A stretch of DNA of 61,703 nt, filler included, from Porpidia crustulata (GCA_964255105.1; 8 parts of 8 records of this genome joined end to end with filler, not necessarily neighbours in it); one strand, 5' to 3'. Positions 14,693 to 27,256 are shown, counted from the whole stretch's first letter. Numbers and translations are program-made. The notes: generated from the letters alone by a model not told the origin.

Positions 14693-15376
14693 GATGGGTT
14701 CCAAGGATTCCGTCGCGGGGTTCCCGACCACGGAGCCGGCAATGAAGATTTCGGTAAGTGATTAGGGGATACTGGGTATATATATTTTGTATCGTGGAGG
14801 CTGATGGAAGATGAACAGGTCGACATCTCCGTCAAGTATCCCGTCGGCATGTCCTCCCTCGGTTTTTTGCCAACCCAAGGGAGAAGATGCTCGGCTGACT
14901 TCAATCCAATAGGTGACACTTTCACCGGCTCCACCCTCGTGACGGTCGTATGTCTTCATTCCTTTCCTCTCCTTTCCCATTCTCCGTCCTCCTTTCCCGA
15001 CTTCCTTCCGCACCCCCACCCAATCAACCAAAAACGCTAACTCCCCCCAACAGCCCTTCTCCTCCGGCTACATCAAATCCGTACCCGGCTTCGAGCCCGC
15101 TTTTGAATTTGAAGTCGTGCAAGGCGAAGACTGGTTCTACATCGATGCCGACAAAGGCCACGCCCGTGTCAATGTACGGGCAATGGCCAAAGACAAGGAT
15201 GGCATCGTACGCTTTTTCCTCCACTCCCATTTTTTCCACTTTCCCACGAAAAATTGCTAAGCTTTCCGGGATTTCACCAGCACATCGCCGTCAAACTCGG
15301 TGGCGTCGTCCACCTGAACGAGAAAGTCATGCCCTTCCTCATGGGCGACGATAACGCCACATCCAGTCCTTTTGGT
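14693..15376 (+). CDS. DUF3237/UPF0311-like protein (3'-truncated)
   Basis: Spliced reading MGSKDSVAGFPTTEPAMKIS|VDISVKYPVG|DTFTGSTLVTV|PFSSGYIKSVPGFEPAFEFEVVQGEDWFYIDADKGHARVNVRAMAK resembles fungal DUF3237 proteins. Confidence 0.65.
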
Positions 15377-15476
15377 NNNNNNNNNNNNNNNNNNNNNNNN
15401 NNNNNNNNNNNNNNNNNNNNTTAATTAATTAANNNNNNNNNNNNNNNNNNNNNNNNNNNNNNNNNNNNNNNNNNNN
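15377..15476. other. Artificial contig spacer
   Basis: N44-TTAATTAATTAA-N44. Confidence 0.99.
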
Positions 15477-15771
15477 CCTAACTTCGGTTGCTGGCAATGA
15501 GATCAATCCGTTGGTTTTCATTACCGTTTTGTTTTGCGGTTCCGGCGCAGGTTGTGGGGAGAGAAACAAATAGCGCCGCTGTTTAGCTTGTGAAAAAATT
15601 GTGATTCTGCTGGGAGTCGTAAAAGTACATGTTGCGCGCTCGTGAGATGGCGGGTTCGAGGAAATTGTGAAAGGAGGTTAGGGGAAATTTCAAAGGGTGT
15701 GGTTATTGGGATTTGCTCTTAGTGAAATCGTCGATGGGAGCGACCCTTTGCTATGTTAAAGGAGTTTATTG

Positions 15772-17824
15772 TTAAGCAGTGACCTCCGCGGTTTCTGCGG
15801 GAGGCTTGTACTCTTCGGTTGGAGCGCTGTCGACGGCTGGCCCGTCTGTCTTCTTTTCCTCGGCGGTCTTGTCGGCTTCAGGTTCTTTCTCCTCGTCAGC
15901 TTCCTTCTCCCCCTCGACGGTGGTGCCAATCTTCTTCTCCATATCCTCGTCTTTCGCTTCCTCGGGCGCAGCAGCCTCGCCAACCTCGGCCTTCTCCACC
16001 TGCCCTTCATTTTTCTTGGTAATGCCATTGGTCTTCGCGTCTGCTGCTTCCGGCTTCCCGTCTTCTTCTTTGTCTCCAGAACCTCCTGCAGCTGCATCGT
16101 TTGACAGCGTTGTGGTCCATTTATCGAGTAAATCGTGCGAGCGCTTCTTGAATTGAAACTCCCCGTCAAGTGGGATTGAATGGAGCTTGATCATAGCCTT
16201 CAAAACTTTGTGAATCTTCGTGGTACGGATTATAGAGCCCTCTAAATCAGGATAGCCTTCGAGTTCGCCGAGGAAGTCGGACATAGACTTCGTCAAATCA
16301 GCGTAGTCTTCCCAGGATAGGTATCTCTGAATCTTACCTTCATTTCATCTTCCTTTGGCATAGTGTCCCTCGATAGAAATCCACGCTGCAATTTGTGACG
16401 ATAGTAAAGCACTGGCAAAATTTAGCATCGGGAAGTCTATAAAACGGAATGAGCTTACCCTTCTTTTCCTTCATTTCCTTAGCTGCCGCTGGCGTAAGAG
16501 GCTTCTCCTCGACTTTGGGGGTATCAACAATGTCCTCATCATCACTAGCGGTGACCTTTGCCGCCTTTTTGGAGGATGATCCTTTGGATTTTGCTGATTT
16601 CTTCTTGCTTGAGGGCTCAGAAGCAGGAGTCTTCGGCATTGACAGCTTCACTGTCTTGGGTGTTTTGGCTGGCTAGTAGTAAAGTCAGCATGGTGTACGC
16701 GTAAAAAAAAGGACGATTATCGGACCTTTCCTTCGCCGTCGCTATCAACGGCGTCCTTCTTTCGTTTTTTCGACTTAGGCTTTTCTGCGCTCGGAGCTTC
16801 ATCGATGTCCATTTCATCTCCCTCATCTACCAGGGCGCTGGCATCCATGCTCTTTCGCTTGGATTTGCTCGCCTTCTTGGCGTCTCGCTCTGCTTGAGCA
16901 TCCATGTCCTCTTGCAAAGCCTTTTGGTGGTCAGCAAGCATATCCTTATAGTGTTGTAAAGGCTGATTCTCTGCAGCCTTTTCGTATGCTGCTAGAAGGA
17001 GCTTCGATTTCCCCTTCTCTGTGGGTTCTTTGGCAGCTTCGATATCTAAAAGTGTTAATTCCGTGTTCGGAATCCAAGCACTGTACAAGCATTAACTTGC
17101 TATCTAGAGAGTGGGTTGTACTTGGTCATTGACCGCCAGCTTGACACTTACAACTCGTTGGTGTGTAAAAACATAATAGGGAACGTTCTCTCGTAGGCCC
17201 GCTTGCCTCCATCCGCATATTCCGGCTTTTTATATGTGCCATCAGGCTGCTTCGTAGTGACGGGTCGGGTCTCAATCAAGCTCTGGGGGAGCATCTCTTC
17301 ATCGCAGACGATCGATGGCCATGGTGGGTGACCCTTCATACGTGCAAAATAATATTCACCAGGCTTAGCATCCAAATTCAACAAGGACTTGGACTTCTTC
17401 TTATTGAGTTTCTTGCTCTTATGCTCTGGCACCGCTGTTTTCTTCTTATGTGAGCTGTTGTTGGCCTTCTTCGAAGAAAGTGGGGTGCCGTTCGTGGGTG
17501 GCGCTGCTGGGCTAGACGCAGGCCCATTGGTACGGCTGGGGGCCTCATCACCCTTCATTTCTGTGTCCTCGGAAGCTGGCGCGACAGCTGCCGCGTCAGT
17601 GCTCGCTCCATTAGCAGCATCTTCTGCATCACCATTGGTGGTAGTACCTATACAAAGTAAAATGTCAGCTTTTGCTTCTTCCATTGCTGGACAAGGCTTG
17701 ACAAAATTGGCTGACCTTCCGCGACACCATTGTCAGCCGTATCTCCCCCAGCTTGCCCCAATGTGTGTTCTTCTGTAGTCGCGTCCTTCGCTTTACTCTC
17801 AGTACCAGCTTGCGAAGCGTCCAT
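15772..17824 (-). CDS. PWWP-domain chromatin reader (Pdp3-like)
   Basis: YYFARMKGHPPWPSIVCDEEMLP (PWWP variant), FPIMFLHTNE, LYYRHKLQRGFL and IIRTTKIHKVLKAMIKL. Several introns. Start inferred at 17824. Confidence 0.85.
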
Positions 17825-20419
17825 ATCGGCGTTGAGTAGAGCAGTGGGAGTTGAGGTGGTTCTGGGAGTGGCCTCTTTAAGGTCTCGTAGCTTGTAACAG
17901 CAGCCGATGGGAACGCTGAAAAGTTATGAGTTGCCACGCGTAGGTAAATCGACGGAAGTCGAAATAGTATTCAAAGCAATTGTGATATAGCAGAGGTGAT
18001 GAGGGAGATGTAGCAGACGCGCAATAAAGTCAGTGTTGGAACAACAAAGTGGATGACGTGAAGTTTTGACGGATGAGAAAGTTGCGAACGAGAGGAGTGC
18101 GCGACAATGCCAACCAACGGTAACTTTTAAAATACTACTGGTGCTAAGTACGAGATAGCCTTACGTAAGATTTGCCTGTCCCAACGATTGCTATTGTGTG
18201 TCGCCTTATAGACGGGATATAGTTTGACTTATTGTGCCTATTGTAAAACAGTCGAGGACCAGATGATCAAAAGAGAGAAAAGATTCTGGTGTTTCGCAAG
18301 CGAAGAATGGCGATGAAGATGATGGAGGTTGGGAGCCGGAACTCCTCGTCAAATCATTTATTTTCATCCACCAGCCAGTGACCGACGAATCAGAACTCGC
18401 TTGCTTGATCCGCCATTTCGCCCCCCAAATGAAAACTTAGCGTCTGTCCTCCATGTCACGCTACCCGCACACCGGCAGGCTCCTTCCCTCCTCATATATC
18501 AGTCCTTGCTTGCCATCACCGTCCACTCGTTCGATCTCGTCGTCCCGAATCGCTGCATAGAGGTGTCGCCCATCTTTTTGGTCCTTTGTACACACTGACG
18601 CGAATCGCAACGCGCAAGGCATGTGAAATCGAACTCAAACCTCTTCTCAACCCGCTCGCGCCCTGGGACCGGACACCGAAAGAGCGCTTTGCCCTCGGAT
18701 ACAAACTGAACAGAGCATGCGGGGTGTGTCCAAGACGAAGTTGAGACTAGCCTTGGTACCAATTCGAGCGTGTCCATGGACCTTCACGCGACCGCTGCCT
18801 GAAATTAGCTTCGGAACCTTCATAAATATAGCTGGCACATCATCGCAATAGATAAAGGGCAGAGGCAAGCATCGAACAGGCCAACGATTCCTTGTCTAGC
18901 AGCTAGAAGCAAAGGACCTTAGCTTCGTAGTAGCCGTGGCGTAGAGAGGTGAAGGAGCTGATTGATACTTTAAAACGGTAAGAGTACAGAAGCTGAGCTA
19001 GGTCTTCCCAATGTATATGGACTCTTAAAAATGCAACAAAAAGGGACTCTGTAGAAACCATTAAGAAAGCTTTTGAGAGATCCTGAGGCAAGCGAAGTTA
19101 GGAATTCGTCCGGGTGCGAGATTGTATAGAAATATTATTCGAAGGAATAATTGGACAACGCAGCTCTTCGCGTTGAGAGGATGATGCAATGTTTAGTTTG
19201 AGAAATTGAAGAACCAGCTGCTTCGTCCAGTTTTGGGTTCGCTTTCTTTTTAACGCGATCTTGTCAACGAAGGAAATACAGAAGATGGCTCTCATTGGCA
19301 GACGAAGCCTTGACTATGATATTTACGAAACCTAGAAGTAAACAAAGAAGATGCGATATAGCAAAGATCGAGGAGATATTTTGCCGTCGGCAAGACATGA
19401 TGGAAATCATGGAAGTTACCTTAAGAGCGTTACTTAAGATAGACATTAATCAGACGATACTTGAGTAGTACGTAGTAGGCTCTAGTGAACCTTCTTCATC
19501 AGAATGAAGGGGCCATTACTGATATCTCTCGGTAGCGATGAGACCCCGGGACTTGCAGTATAGAGTGTCTATGGGCTCTGAGAAGCTTTCTGCATATGCT
19601 GCCATGCATTGCATGACACTTCTAAAGCAAGTCGCACTGCAGTAGATATCCTCATAGAGACATTGATTGCCAATTGGTGCCCGATTGTTTCTAGACTAGG
19701 TATGGTTTGAATGAGCAATGCACGGTAGCTTAACGCCGCGCGACCTTTCGGAAATGCCAGGCAGGTCGAGAAATCTTTATAGAAGACCCATTCTATCCAG
19801 CTCTGACGAGATTTCGGATAGGTTTGTGTGTCGCATTGAGGAGTGGCGGTCAATCGTGCACCTTGGAGAAGCGTCCTGGGAGAACATACAAGTTGGCTGA
19901 CCCAACAAATTAGCCACACCTAAGTACTTCTAGTATTCGTAAGCTGAAGAGTTAAGGGGGGCGGACCTCCACGAGGTAGTTTTGCCCCGAGGACTTCCAC
20001 CGCCTGTAACAAAGGACAAGTAGAGAAAGCTCTCTGTTCAGATCCCTGGCCTCTACATTTAACTCGAATGCGGAAGCCATCCAAGTCTCACTCAATACAT
20101 GGGCTGCTATGTGCAGATGGTCGGAACCACATCCTGTTGTACATAATGTGATGATAGAGACGAGATATGCGATAGACAAGGTGAGTGGGTGTTAGAAACA
20201 TCGACCGACTTGACTCGCACGACGCGCTACTTCAAGGACTACTCTAGTATATAATTTAGGCTTGGTGCACGATTCTAGCTATGGTACTTCAAAAAACACT
20301 TGTCGAGACTCAGGATCCCAATGTAGACGATGAAAATAATTATATTGTGAGGAGCGCGAGTCATAATTAAGTAGTGATTTGACTATCTACTCATATAACA
20401 TAAAGTGACCGAGTCGCCT

Positions 20420-21062
20420 TCATGGCTGCACTACCCCTCTAGGCACGGTTTCCACCAACTCACCACACTGTTTGCATTTTCTTTTCTCTTCATCATTTTT
20501 GAAGCTATTGACCGCCTCTTTTATCTGTGTCCCTAAATCTGTACAATGAAAGGATACCTCATGTACAATCGCTCCACAGCCTTGACAATACCATCGTAGT
20601 CTGTCCTGGCTATCTGCCGGCCGAGGCTGTTCCAGGACTATACCGACCGTGTTCGCAAACCGGACAGGGTTGTGGGGGGTGTTTGGTGGTAGGAGAAACA
20701 TCTCACCCTCTCGAATGGAAATATCACGGAAGGAATTCTCTTTGGGTTCGACGACCTTGAGAAGCATTGAGCCACGATATTGATAAAACCATTCGGCGGT
20801 TTCATTGATGTGATAGTCCGAGCGAGCGTTAGGTCCACCAACAATCTACAGTAGATTGAGTTTTGGGGCAAGCATAAGCAATTTGCGTGCTAACCATGAC
20901 AGTCACATCGTCATTGTAGACGCAGTAGTTATTGATAGGTGGCTGGAGCAAATGCGAATTTTCCTCGAGCCTGCGCCCTTATTACTATGTGCCAAAACGA
21001 TGCGGTTCCGTCATAAGAGATAACACCTACCACTTTGGAAGGTTCAGTGGGTTTGAAAGCAT
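20420..21062 (-). CDS. BNA1: 3-hydroxyanthranilate 3,4-dioxygenase
   Basis: [29 protein letters not shown]...|[22 protein letters not shown]...[13 protein letters not shown], with rubredoxin-like WYCQGC and CKQC motifs. Confidence 0.96.
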
Positions 21063-21281
21063 AGCGTGAACGTACAAGCTTCTATATGGTATGATTCTTG
21101 CCTGAATATCATGATCATGAAAGAGATGTTTTGAGGTCCAAGACTATGCATGACGGATAGACGATTACCGAGCTCCTATCTTAGGCTTCATGCTAAGATA
21201 AGGGAATGCTTCGGTTAACCTTCCTTCGACCAAAATCTAATACTGTAGGGATAGCTTCAATAAAATTGAGATTTTGTAAGT

Positions 21282-22487
21282 ATGTCAACAAATCCTCAGG
21301 CACCTCTTCGATTTACTTCACAGAAAGCACTTGCTCAGCGCCTCATACTGTCTACACTCACAGGTCGTCCTGTCCATATATCGAAAATTCGCCCTTCCTC
21401 GCCAACAAACCCTGGTCTTGCGCCGCACGAGATTTCACTTCTTCGGCTTCTTGAAGCAGTCACCAATGGCTCGAATATTGAAATCTCGTACACGGGAACG
21501 TCTTTGGTGTACCGACCTGGGCTGATCACTGGAAGTGCACCTGGTTCCGGAGCAAGCAGCGGTGTTATTCGACATGAGCTACCAGCTGGTTGTACAAGAG
21601 GCGTCAGCTACTTTCTGATACCATTGTGTATGCTGGCGCCCTTCTCCAAAGCACCGATGAATATCCTATTCATAGGCTCCGGTGTAATTACTTCTGCGAC
21701 GGCTACTGGTGATATGTCCGCCGACAGCGTTCGGACTGCAATATTGCCCTTGTATGCTAATTTTGGAATATCAAATAACATTGAGTTGAGAATATTGAGA
21801 AGATCCAATGTCGATGCTGGTGGCAAGAGCGGAGCAGGAGAGGTACAATTGGTATTTGGACATCAAGTACGATTACCTAAAACTATACACCTGCTGAATC
21901 CGGGACGAGTGAAAAAAATTCGAGGCGTGGCTTACTGTACCGGTGTCTCTGCCTCGAATAATGCTAGAATGATCGAGGCAGCCCGAGGAGTCCTGAATCC
22001 AATGACCGGCGACACATATATCTTCTCGGATGTGTCCTCAGCGCCATTCTTACCATCATCAGACAAGTCAAATCCAAGTAAGAGAAAGGTTGGTATCGGA
22101 TTTGGCCTTTCCTTAGTTGCTGAATCCTCTACCGGGTCGCTTTACTCTGCCGACCTGGCTTCACCGCCATCTGGAGGAGTACCACCTGAAGACCTTGGGC
22201 AGCAGTGCGCCTATCAGCTCCTGGAAACCGTCTCGCACGGAGGAAGTGTGTCGCTTGCAGCAGCTCCGACCATGCTTATCTTAACGGCAATGGGTTCAGA
22301 AGATGTCGGTAGATTGCAAATGGGTAAAGACGTTCTTGGCAATGAGGACATCGTCCGCCTCGGAAGAGACCTTAGAGCCTTCGGAGCCAGTGGATGGGGT
22401 TTCAGAGAGTCCACCACTGGGCAAGGAGACATAATAGTAAGCGTGGTAGGCAGGGGCGTTGGTAATGTCGGACGAAAAATCGCTTGA
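21282..22487 (+). CDS. RCL1: RNA 3'-terminal phosphate cyclase-like protein (18S rRNA biogenesis)
   Basis: Intronless 401-aa ORF with QRLILSTLTGRPVHISKIR, NPGLAPHEISLLRLLEAVTNGS, VKKIRGVAY and C-terminal GRGVGNVGRKIA. Confidence 0.95.
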   Translation: MSTNPQAPLRFTSQKALAQRLILSTLTGRPVHISKIRPSSPTNPGLAPHEISLLRLLEAVTNGSNIEISYTGTSLVYRPGLITGSAPGSGASSGVIRHELPAGCTRGVSYFLIPLCMLAPFSKAPMNILFIGSGVITSATATGDMSADSVRTAILPLYANFGISNNIELRILRRSNVDAGGKSGAGEVQLVFGHQVRLPKTIHLLNPGRVKKIRGVAYCTGVSASNNARMIEAARGVLNPMTGDTYIFSDVSSAPFLPSSDKSNPSKRKVGIGFGLSLVAESSTGSLYSADLASPPSGGVPPEDLGQQCAYQLLETVSHGGSVSLAAAPTMLILTAMGSEDVGRLQMGKDVLGNEDIVRLGRDLRAFGASGWGFRESTTGQGDIIVSVVGRGVGNVGRKIA

Positions 22488-23109
22488 AAACTGATACCCT
22501 AGCTGGACGGAATGATTGCAAAGTCATCTGAACATAGCAGTAATGGCTGCTGCCCATATTTGGGTTTTCGTCAATCTCTGTGACGCGAAGGTCGGATGGA
22601 ATCTTGCTCTCGTTTTGCGTTGACCTCTTTAGCATGTGATTTGTTCCTCTTCCTAACGGTCAAGCTACTGATATTTCGATTTTTGGGTATATCTTACATT
22701 GTCAAGCTAATCTACATCGATCATTTTTTCCTTCGGAATTTCAACTAAGCCTAAAAGGGGTATTCATCGTCGAGCTTTTCTGTTCCACGATACTGTAATG
22801 CTCCATTTTGAGCATGAATTCAATCCATGTCCCAGTCTCAATGACAACCTTTCCATGTCTCTCGTTAGACTTTACCTAATCAGGACATTTCGCATACATG
22901 TGCAGACAATGCCTCGAGGATAAAAAGATATCAGATCCCCTTCTTTCTTTCTCCCTCAATCCAATGCACTTTGAATACATACGGCTACAGTGACAATCTG
23001 ATCATCCATCAAAGTGACATTATTAATTTACAATCCCCTTTTGACTACCTGCCCACCTCCACACACCGCTATCCAGCGGCTCACATACCTCCCCATCCCC
23101 TTCCACCTC

Positions 23110-23209
23110 NNNNNNNNNNNNNNNNNNNNNNNNNNNNNNNNNNNNNNNNNNNNTTAATTAATTAANNNNNNNNNNNNNNNNNNNNNNNNNNNNNNNNNNN
23201 NNNNNNNNN
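23110..23209. other. Artificial contig spacer
   Basis: N44-TTAATTAATTAA-N44. Confidence 0.99.
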
Positions 23210-24030
23210 CTGAATCCTTGCTTGTATGAAGATGGCTGAAGACGGCACGAGCAATGATCTTGCTCTTGGGAATAGGATCGTTCCGCTTCTTTGGAGGCTT
23301 TGGGACGTAGATATGCCTGCTCATGAAAGTTCACCCCCCCCAGTGTGGGCATAGAAGAATGCGAGAAAATCTGAAGCATATTCAAATTCAATAAGTTCTC
23401 CATCAAATTCTCTTCGATCACAACTGCGGCTTCTCGAGAAAGCTGTGCATCGCTCCGTTACGTCTAGCAGAACAAGGTTGCCAATTGATGGAACGTCGAC
23501 GGGTCATTATATTGCCACGTTGAACGTTATGGATGCTTCTTTTGTTGTCACGCATTTCGTCACAGTATCGTATGCACGACTCGCCGGAAACAGTGTTAAA
23601 CAAAGAGCGGGCTCGAATAAGAAGTGACCACGTCAAAAAGTTCGCATGCACTGCATCGATCGTGTGGAGGAGGGAGGGAAAGACGAAAGAAAGTTTGGCT
23701 GTGTATATAGGTGGGGGTAGCACGAGGCTTTCGTTCAAGCAAAATGATTGGCTAGACTTGAAAGACAAAGCCTCCAATAGCATTCCCACTTCTCCTCTTG
23801 GCGTCCAGCCGACACTTCATTTATTTTTGTGATATTCGAACATTTCCATTCCTAAGTCTGCTATGAGGCTCGATTTTCTTCCTTTTGGAGGTGTGACCAG
23901 TGTGGATTACGTCCTTATCTCGTACGTACGAGTGCCAAGCTCTCAGGTCATGTGTTTCTGACCATAAGAAAGAAGCAAGCTGTATTGATCTGACGAACAC
24001 ATAGGTGATACCTTTCTTAGCAATCATTCC

Positions 24031-24044
24031 TTAGGGTTAGGGTT
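24031..24044 (+). repeat. Interstitial telomere-like repeat TTAGGGTTAGGGTT
   Basis: 2.3 copies of TTAGGG directly abutting repeat A. Confidence 0.45.
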
Positions 24045-24165
24045 GTGTTCTCTCTTTCCAGCTATCCCATTCCTAGGATCTGTTCCGTGATGCGACGTTT
24101 GGCACTAGTGTCAGCGCGGGCCGAACCCCCAATATCATCCGCAGAAGTGAAGACCGGTTCAGCTG
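24045..24165 (+). repeat. Repeat A (inverted copy at 27071-27256)
   Basis: TGTTCTCTCTTTCCAGCTATCCCA...CGTGATGCGACGTTTGGCACTAGTGTCAGCGCGGGCCGAACCC matches the reverse complement of 27071-27256, which has an extra internal segment of about 55 bp. Confidence 0.85.
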
Positions 24166-24330
24166 CCGAAGATGCCTATAAGAGGTGTGCCTGGAGCCGT
24201 GACGCGTGCACTACGACGTTTACGGTAACGGCTCCTGTCGACTGATGTACCTCCACACGTGACAGAAAGTGCGCGCGCACGTTTTGCATCATGTGACGAA
24301 AATTTCTGATCTCTTCACCCGCAGAGCACA
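24165..24330 (+). repeat. Repeat B (direct diverged copy at 26704-26865)
   Basis: Shared blocks GCCTG(G/A)AGCCGTG, TGCACTA and TTTACGGTAACGGCTCC..GACT.ATGTAC..CACGTGAC in both copies. Confidence 0.75.
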
Positions 24331-24484
24331 GCACGATAGTATTTGATAGCACCCTTAAAATTGTATTTCGAAGAAAGACAATCCTCACTGTCTCTCGATG
24401 CCTACATACGAGTCTGCTGGATCATAAACAGACTGCATCACGTACCAGAGTTGTGACGCACCTACAGCCGCGACAAAGAAAGAC

Positions 24485-25104
24485 ATGCAGCCCGCAGCAC
24501 GTCAAAGCCCCGACAGCGCTCTTTTAGCCAAGCTTGTTGACATGATCATTGACCTCAAAAGATACGAAGATACACGTGCCAGCTGGGCAGAAGAACGGGC
24601 CCAAAGAGCAGAAGAACGGATCCAGAAGGTTGAAAAACATGCTCAAAAAACGAAAGAGAAGGTGAAGTTTCTTCTGCAGAAGATAAAGGGCATGAACGAA
24701 GACATCATCAGTTGAAAGAGATGCGTGACCAAATTGAGCAATCTCTCATCGCCTGAGACCAGCTATGCGAGCCTGATGAGATCAGCAAACGCTCCCCTAA
24801 TAACTCAACCGGGATCCCAGGCCTCGCTCATCAACTCGTCATCAATACAATCATCTAGTTCAGCATTCAGACGAACTCAGGACCAGGCCCCCAATATCGT
24901 CATCGACCTCATCAATGTCAAAGACTAGTCCCTTGATACTGAAAATGCAGGCTCTGTATACCATCGAATCAAGACCACTCTCGCCGCCAATAAAGAGACA
25001 GAAAACATATCCAACTGCCGACTTAGCAAAGAACCCCAAAACCCTAGTAAGTAAAAGATTCTGTTTCCCTCAAAAGATGACGAGAAATGCGCCAGGAGAC
25101 ACCT
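24485..25104 (+). mobile_element. Degenerate gag-like ORF1 fragment, probably of a Tad1-type LINE
   Basis: Coiled-coil start, then SPETSYASLMRS...NIVIDL...KILFPSKDDEKCARRH, broken by stops and a frameshift. The pattern resembles fungal non-LTR ORF1. Confidence 0.5.
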
Positions 25105-25299
25105 GAGTGCGTAAAGATAGATCTGATTTCGGACCTCTCGCGGAAGTCGAAGGAAAGGAAATGTTGGCTCATCAACAATGTGGCCCGCAGGCTTAAGCTC
25201 TAGTCTAGTGAGATCAAGCTTGGTCTCAAGGTATTCTACTCGACGTTGCAAACGAGACATCTCTTTCCGGAGCTGCAGAACTTCGGATGAGAGATTCAT
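25104..25299 (-). pseudogene. Truncated coiled-coil + F-box-like gene fragment
   Basis: MNLSSEVLQLRKEMSRLQRRVEYLETKL...FPFLRLPREVRNQIYLYAL, then runs directly into the antisense of the gag-like relic. Confidence 0.55.
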
Positions 25300-26703
25300 A
25301 TTGCCAGGACTTTGTCGGAGGAAATCTATGGATAGGATTAATTGATGGAAAAAGATCTTATCCGACCTTTATTAGATCCTCTGGCGGGAACAGCTCGACT
25401 AAGCGAAAAGGTGATCATAGAATGGGTCTAAGGCAACAAATTACCTCTACTCGCCATATACTCCCATTTACCGCCCCCTATCACGGCCACAGTAACCTCT
25501 ATGCTGAGGTTTTAATTGTCGTAATTATCCAATTCTATGATACTATGACTTCCCCTTTGTAATCAAAGCTCGGCCGTGGCGTTCATCCTAACATTGTAGG
25601 GCCTATCTGACTAATTAGTCTTGTGATATATTTACGTCAACTGGAGGGAGCATGAGAAAAGAAGAAGGAATTGAGGAAGGGCGGAGAAGAGAAGAGTTAA
25701 CTAGGCTGAGTGAGGTGTAGGTGGATGGGTGCTAAGGTGAGGAGAGAAAGGGGGGTGTACAATGTGATATAGGATATGGAGACATGAAGAAATTATAGGC
25801 TGATTCCAGCTGATGAAAGGAAGTGGATATTCATTGTACGTTGACTGACCAGAGGGCGCATGAGGTGATAAACACTCTTGAAGGGTTTACCGCTAGGGCT
25901 TTGGCACTGGACATACGCACGCTGAAGCTGTCAACTACGTAGATTACAGCTAGAATTAGCGGAGGCTATCATTCTTGCGCATTCAGTCGTCCTATCATAG
26001 ATACAAGAACAGACCATTAGTCCTCCTTCTTCCAAAAAAAGCCCTTCACGTTCCCCATAAAGCCGCTTATCGCTTCTTTTGCATTCTCCGTCAACCCGCC
26101 TATTGCTCCTTTTGCATTCTCTGTGAACCATGCGTCCCCTCTTATGACATCCAACCATTTACAGGTGGAGTCGCTTTGTACAGCTGGAACCACCTTGTAC
26201 AGGTGGAGCCACTTCACTTAAGTCTTGGCGTGCAGTAGCGTTCCAGCGGTGGCCTGGCTCCGGCTGTAATCGATGTTCCGGCGAGTGTGGAACATGACAA
26301 ATCGTTCAAGCTCCAGTCGGCCAATAGAAGGGACTACAGAGGCTGTACCTCCGTACTCTTACTACCAAAACCGAACCAATATTCCAGGTTCCAGTGTTCC
26401 AAGGGAAACCAAAATTGAGGTTTGGGGAGTCAGAACTGGAGCTTGGGAGGGAGCCGGAACTGGACTCGAGGGTTCAAAGATGCGTTGGTATTCTTCTTTA
26501 ATATAAGCACCCGTCTCGCTCAGTTCAAGATAAGAATTTTCTGCAGTTTATCCCGTTTCGGTCTTCTGCAGAGATTGTATGCGTGATCCTGATACATCGA
26601 TCTAAAGCTGACTAGTCTAGAAAACATTGTGTCCTTTGCCTGTCTATTTACCATCTAGAGACTTTGAGCACGTTACTCGTAAAAGCTCGCAAAATTCGGA
26701 GGT

Positions 26704-26865
26704 GCCAAGGATACCTACAGGGGTATGCCTGAAGCCGTGTCTCATGCACTAGGACTTTTACGGTAACGGCTCCAGTTGACTAATGTACGTTTATCACGTG
26801 ACCAAAACTGCGTACGTGCATCATGGATCACGTGATAAAAAATCCTGATTCTCCGCGCAGACCAC
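26704..26865 (+). repeat. Repeat B' (second copy)
   Basis: Diverged direct copy of 24165-24330, with two TCACGTGA motifs. Confidence 0.75.
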
Positions 26866-27070
26866 GTCCATGTTCGTAATTCGGGCTGAAACAGGAAATA
26901 GACTTCCTCTGAGACCAAGCTTTGCTCTGATAAAGATGAAATACACTTCACTGAACATCTGCCGGCCTCCTTCGGCTTTACTATGCGATGCAGTACAAGC
27001 TTTCACAACCTTTAGCTGTCCTTTCAAGACTGTAGCTCTACTTAGCTAGAACTTATTTTTGAAGATTCCT

Positions 27071-27256
27071 TCAGCTGAATCGGACTATCACACTCCTCAG
27101 TTCTGCAGGTGATATTGTGGGTTCGGCCCGCGCTGATACTAGTGCCAAACGTCGCATCACGAAACAGCAATGTGCACTACCGAGACTCGTTTGTGACAAG
27201 CCCGGTGAGAAGACGTAGAAGTTTCTGAAAGTGGGATAGCTGGAAAGAGAGAACAT
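27071..27256 (-). repeat. Repeat A' (inverted copy)
   Basis: The two ORF-track translations share MFSLSSYP...VMRRLALVSARAEP.IS.AE on opposite strands. Confidence 0.85.

Noticed and set aside
18300..20200. Long intergenic stretch with short ORFs, possibly a decayed gene
   Set aside because: Stops in all frames and no identifiable domain.
23210..24020. Coding-like fragments that could be Starship cargo such as DUF3723
   Set aside because: Interrupted by stops and no family motif could be recognised by eye.
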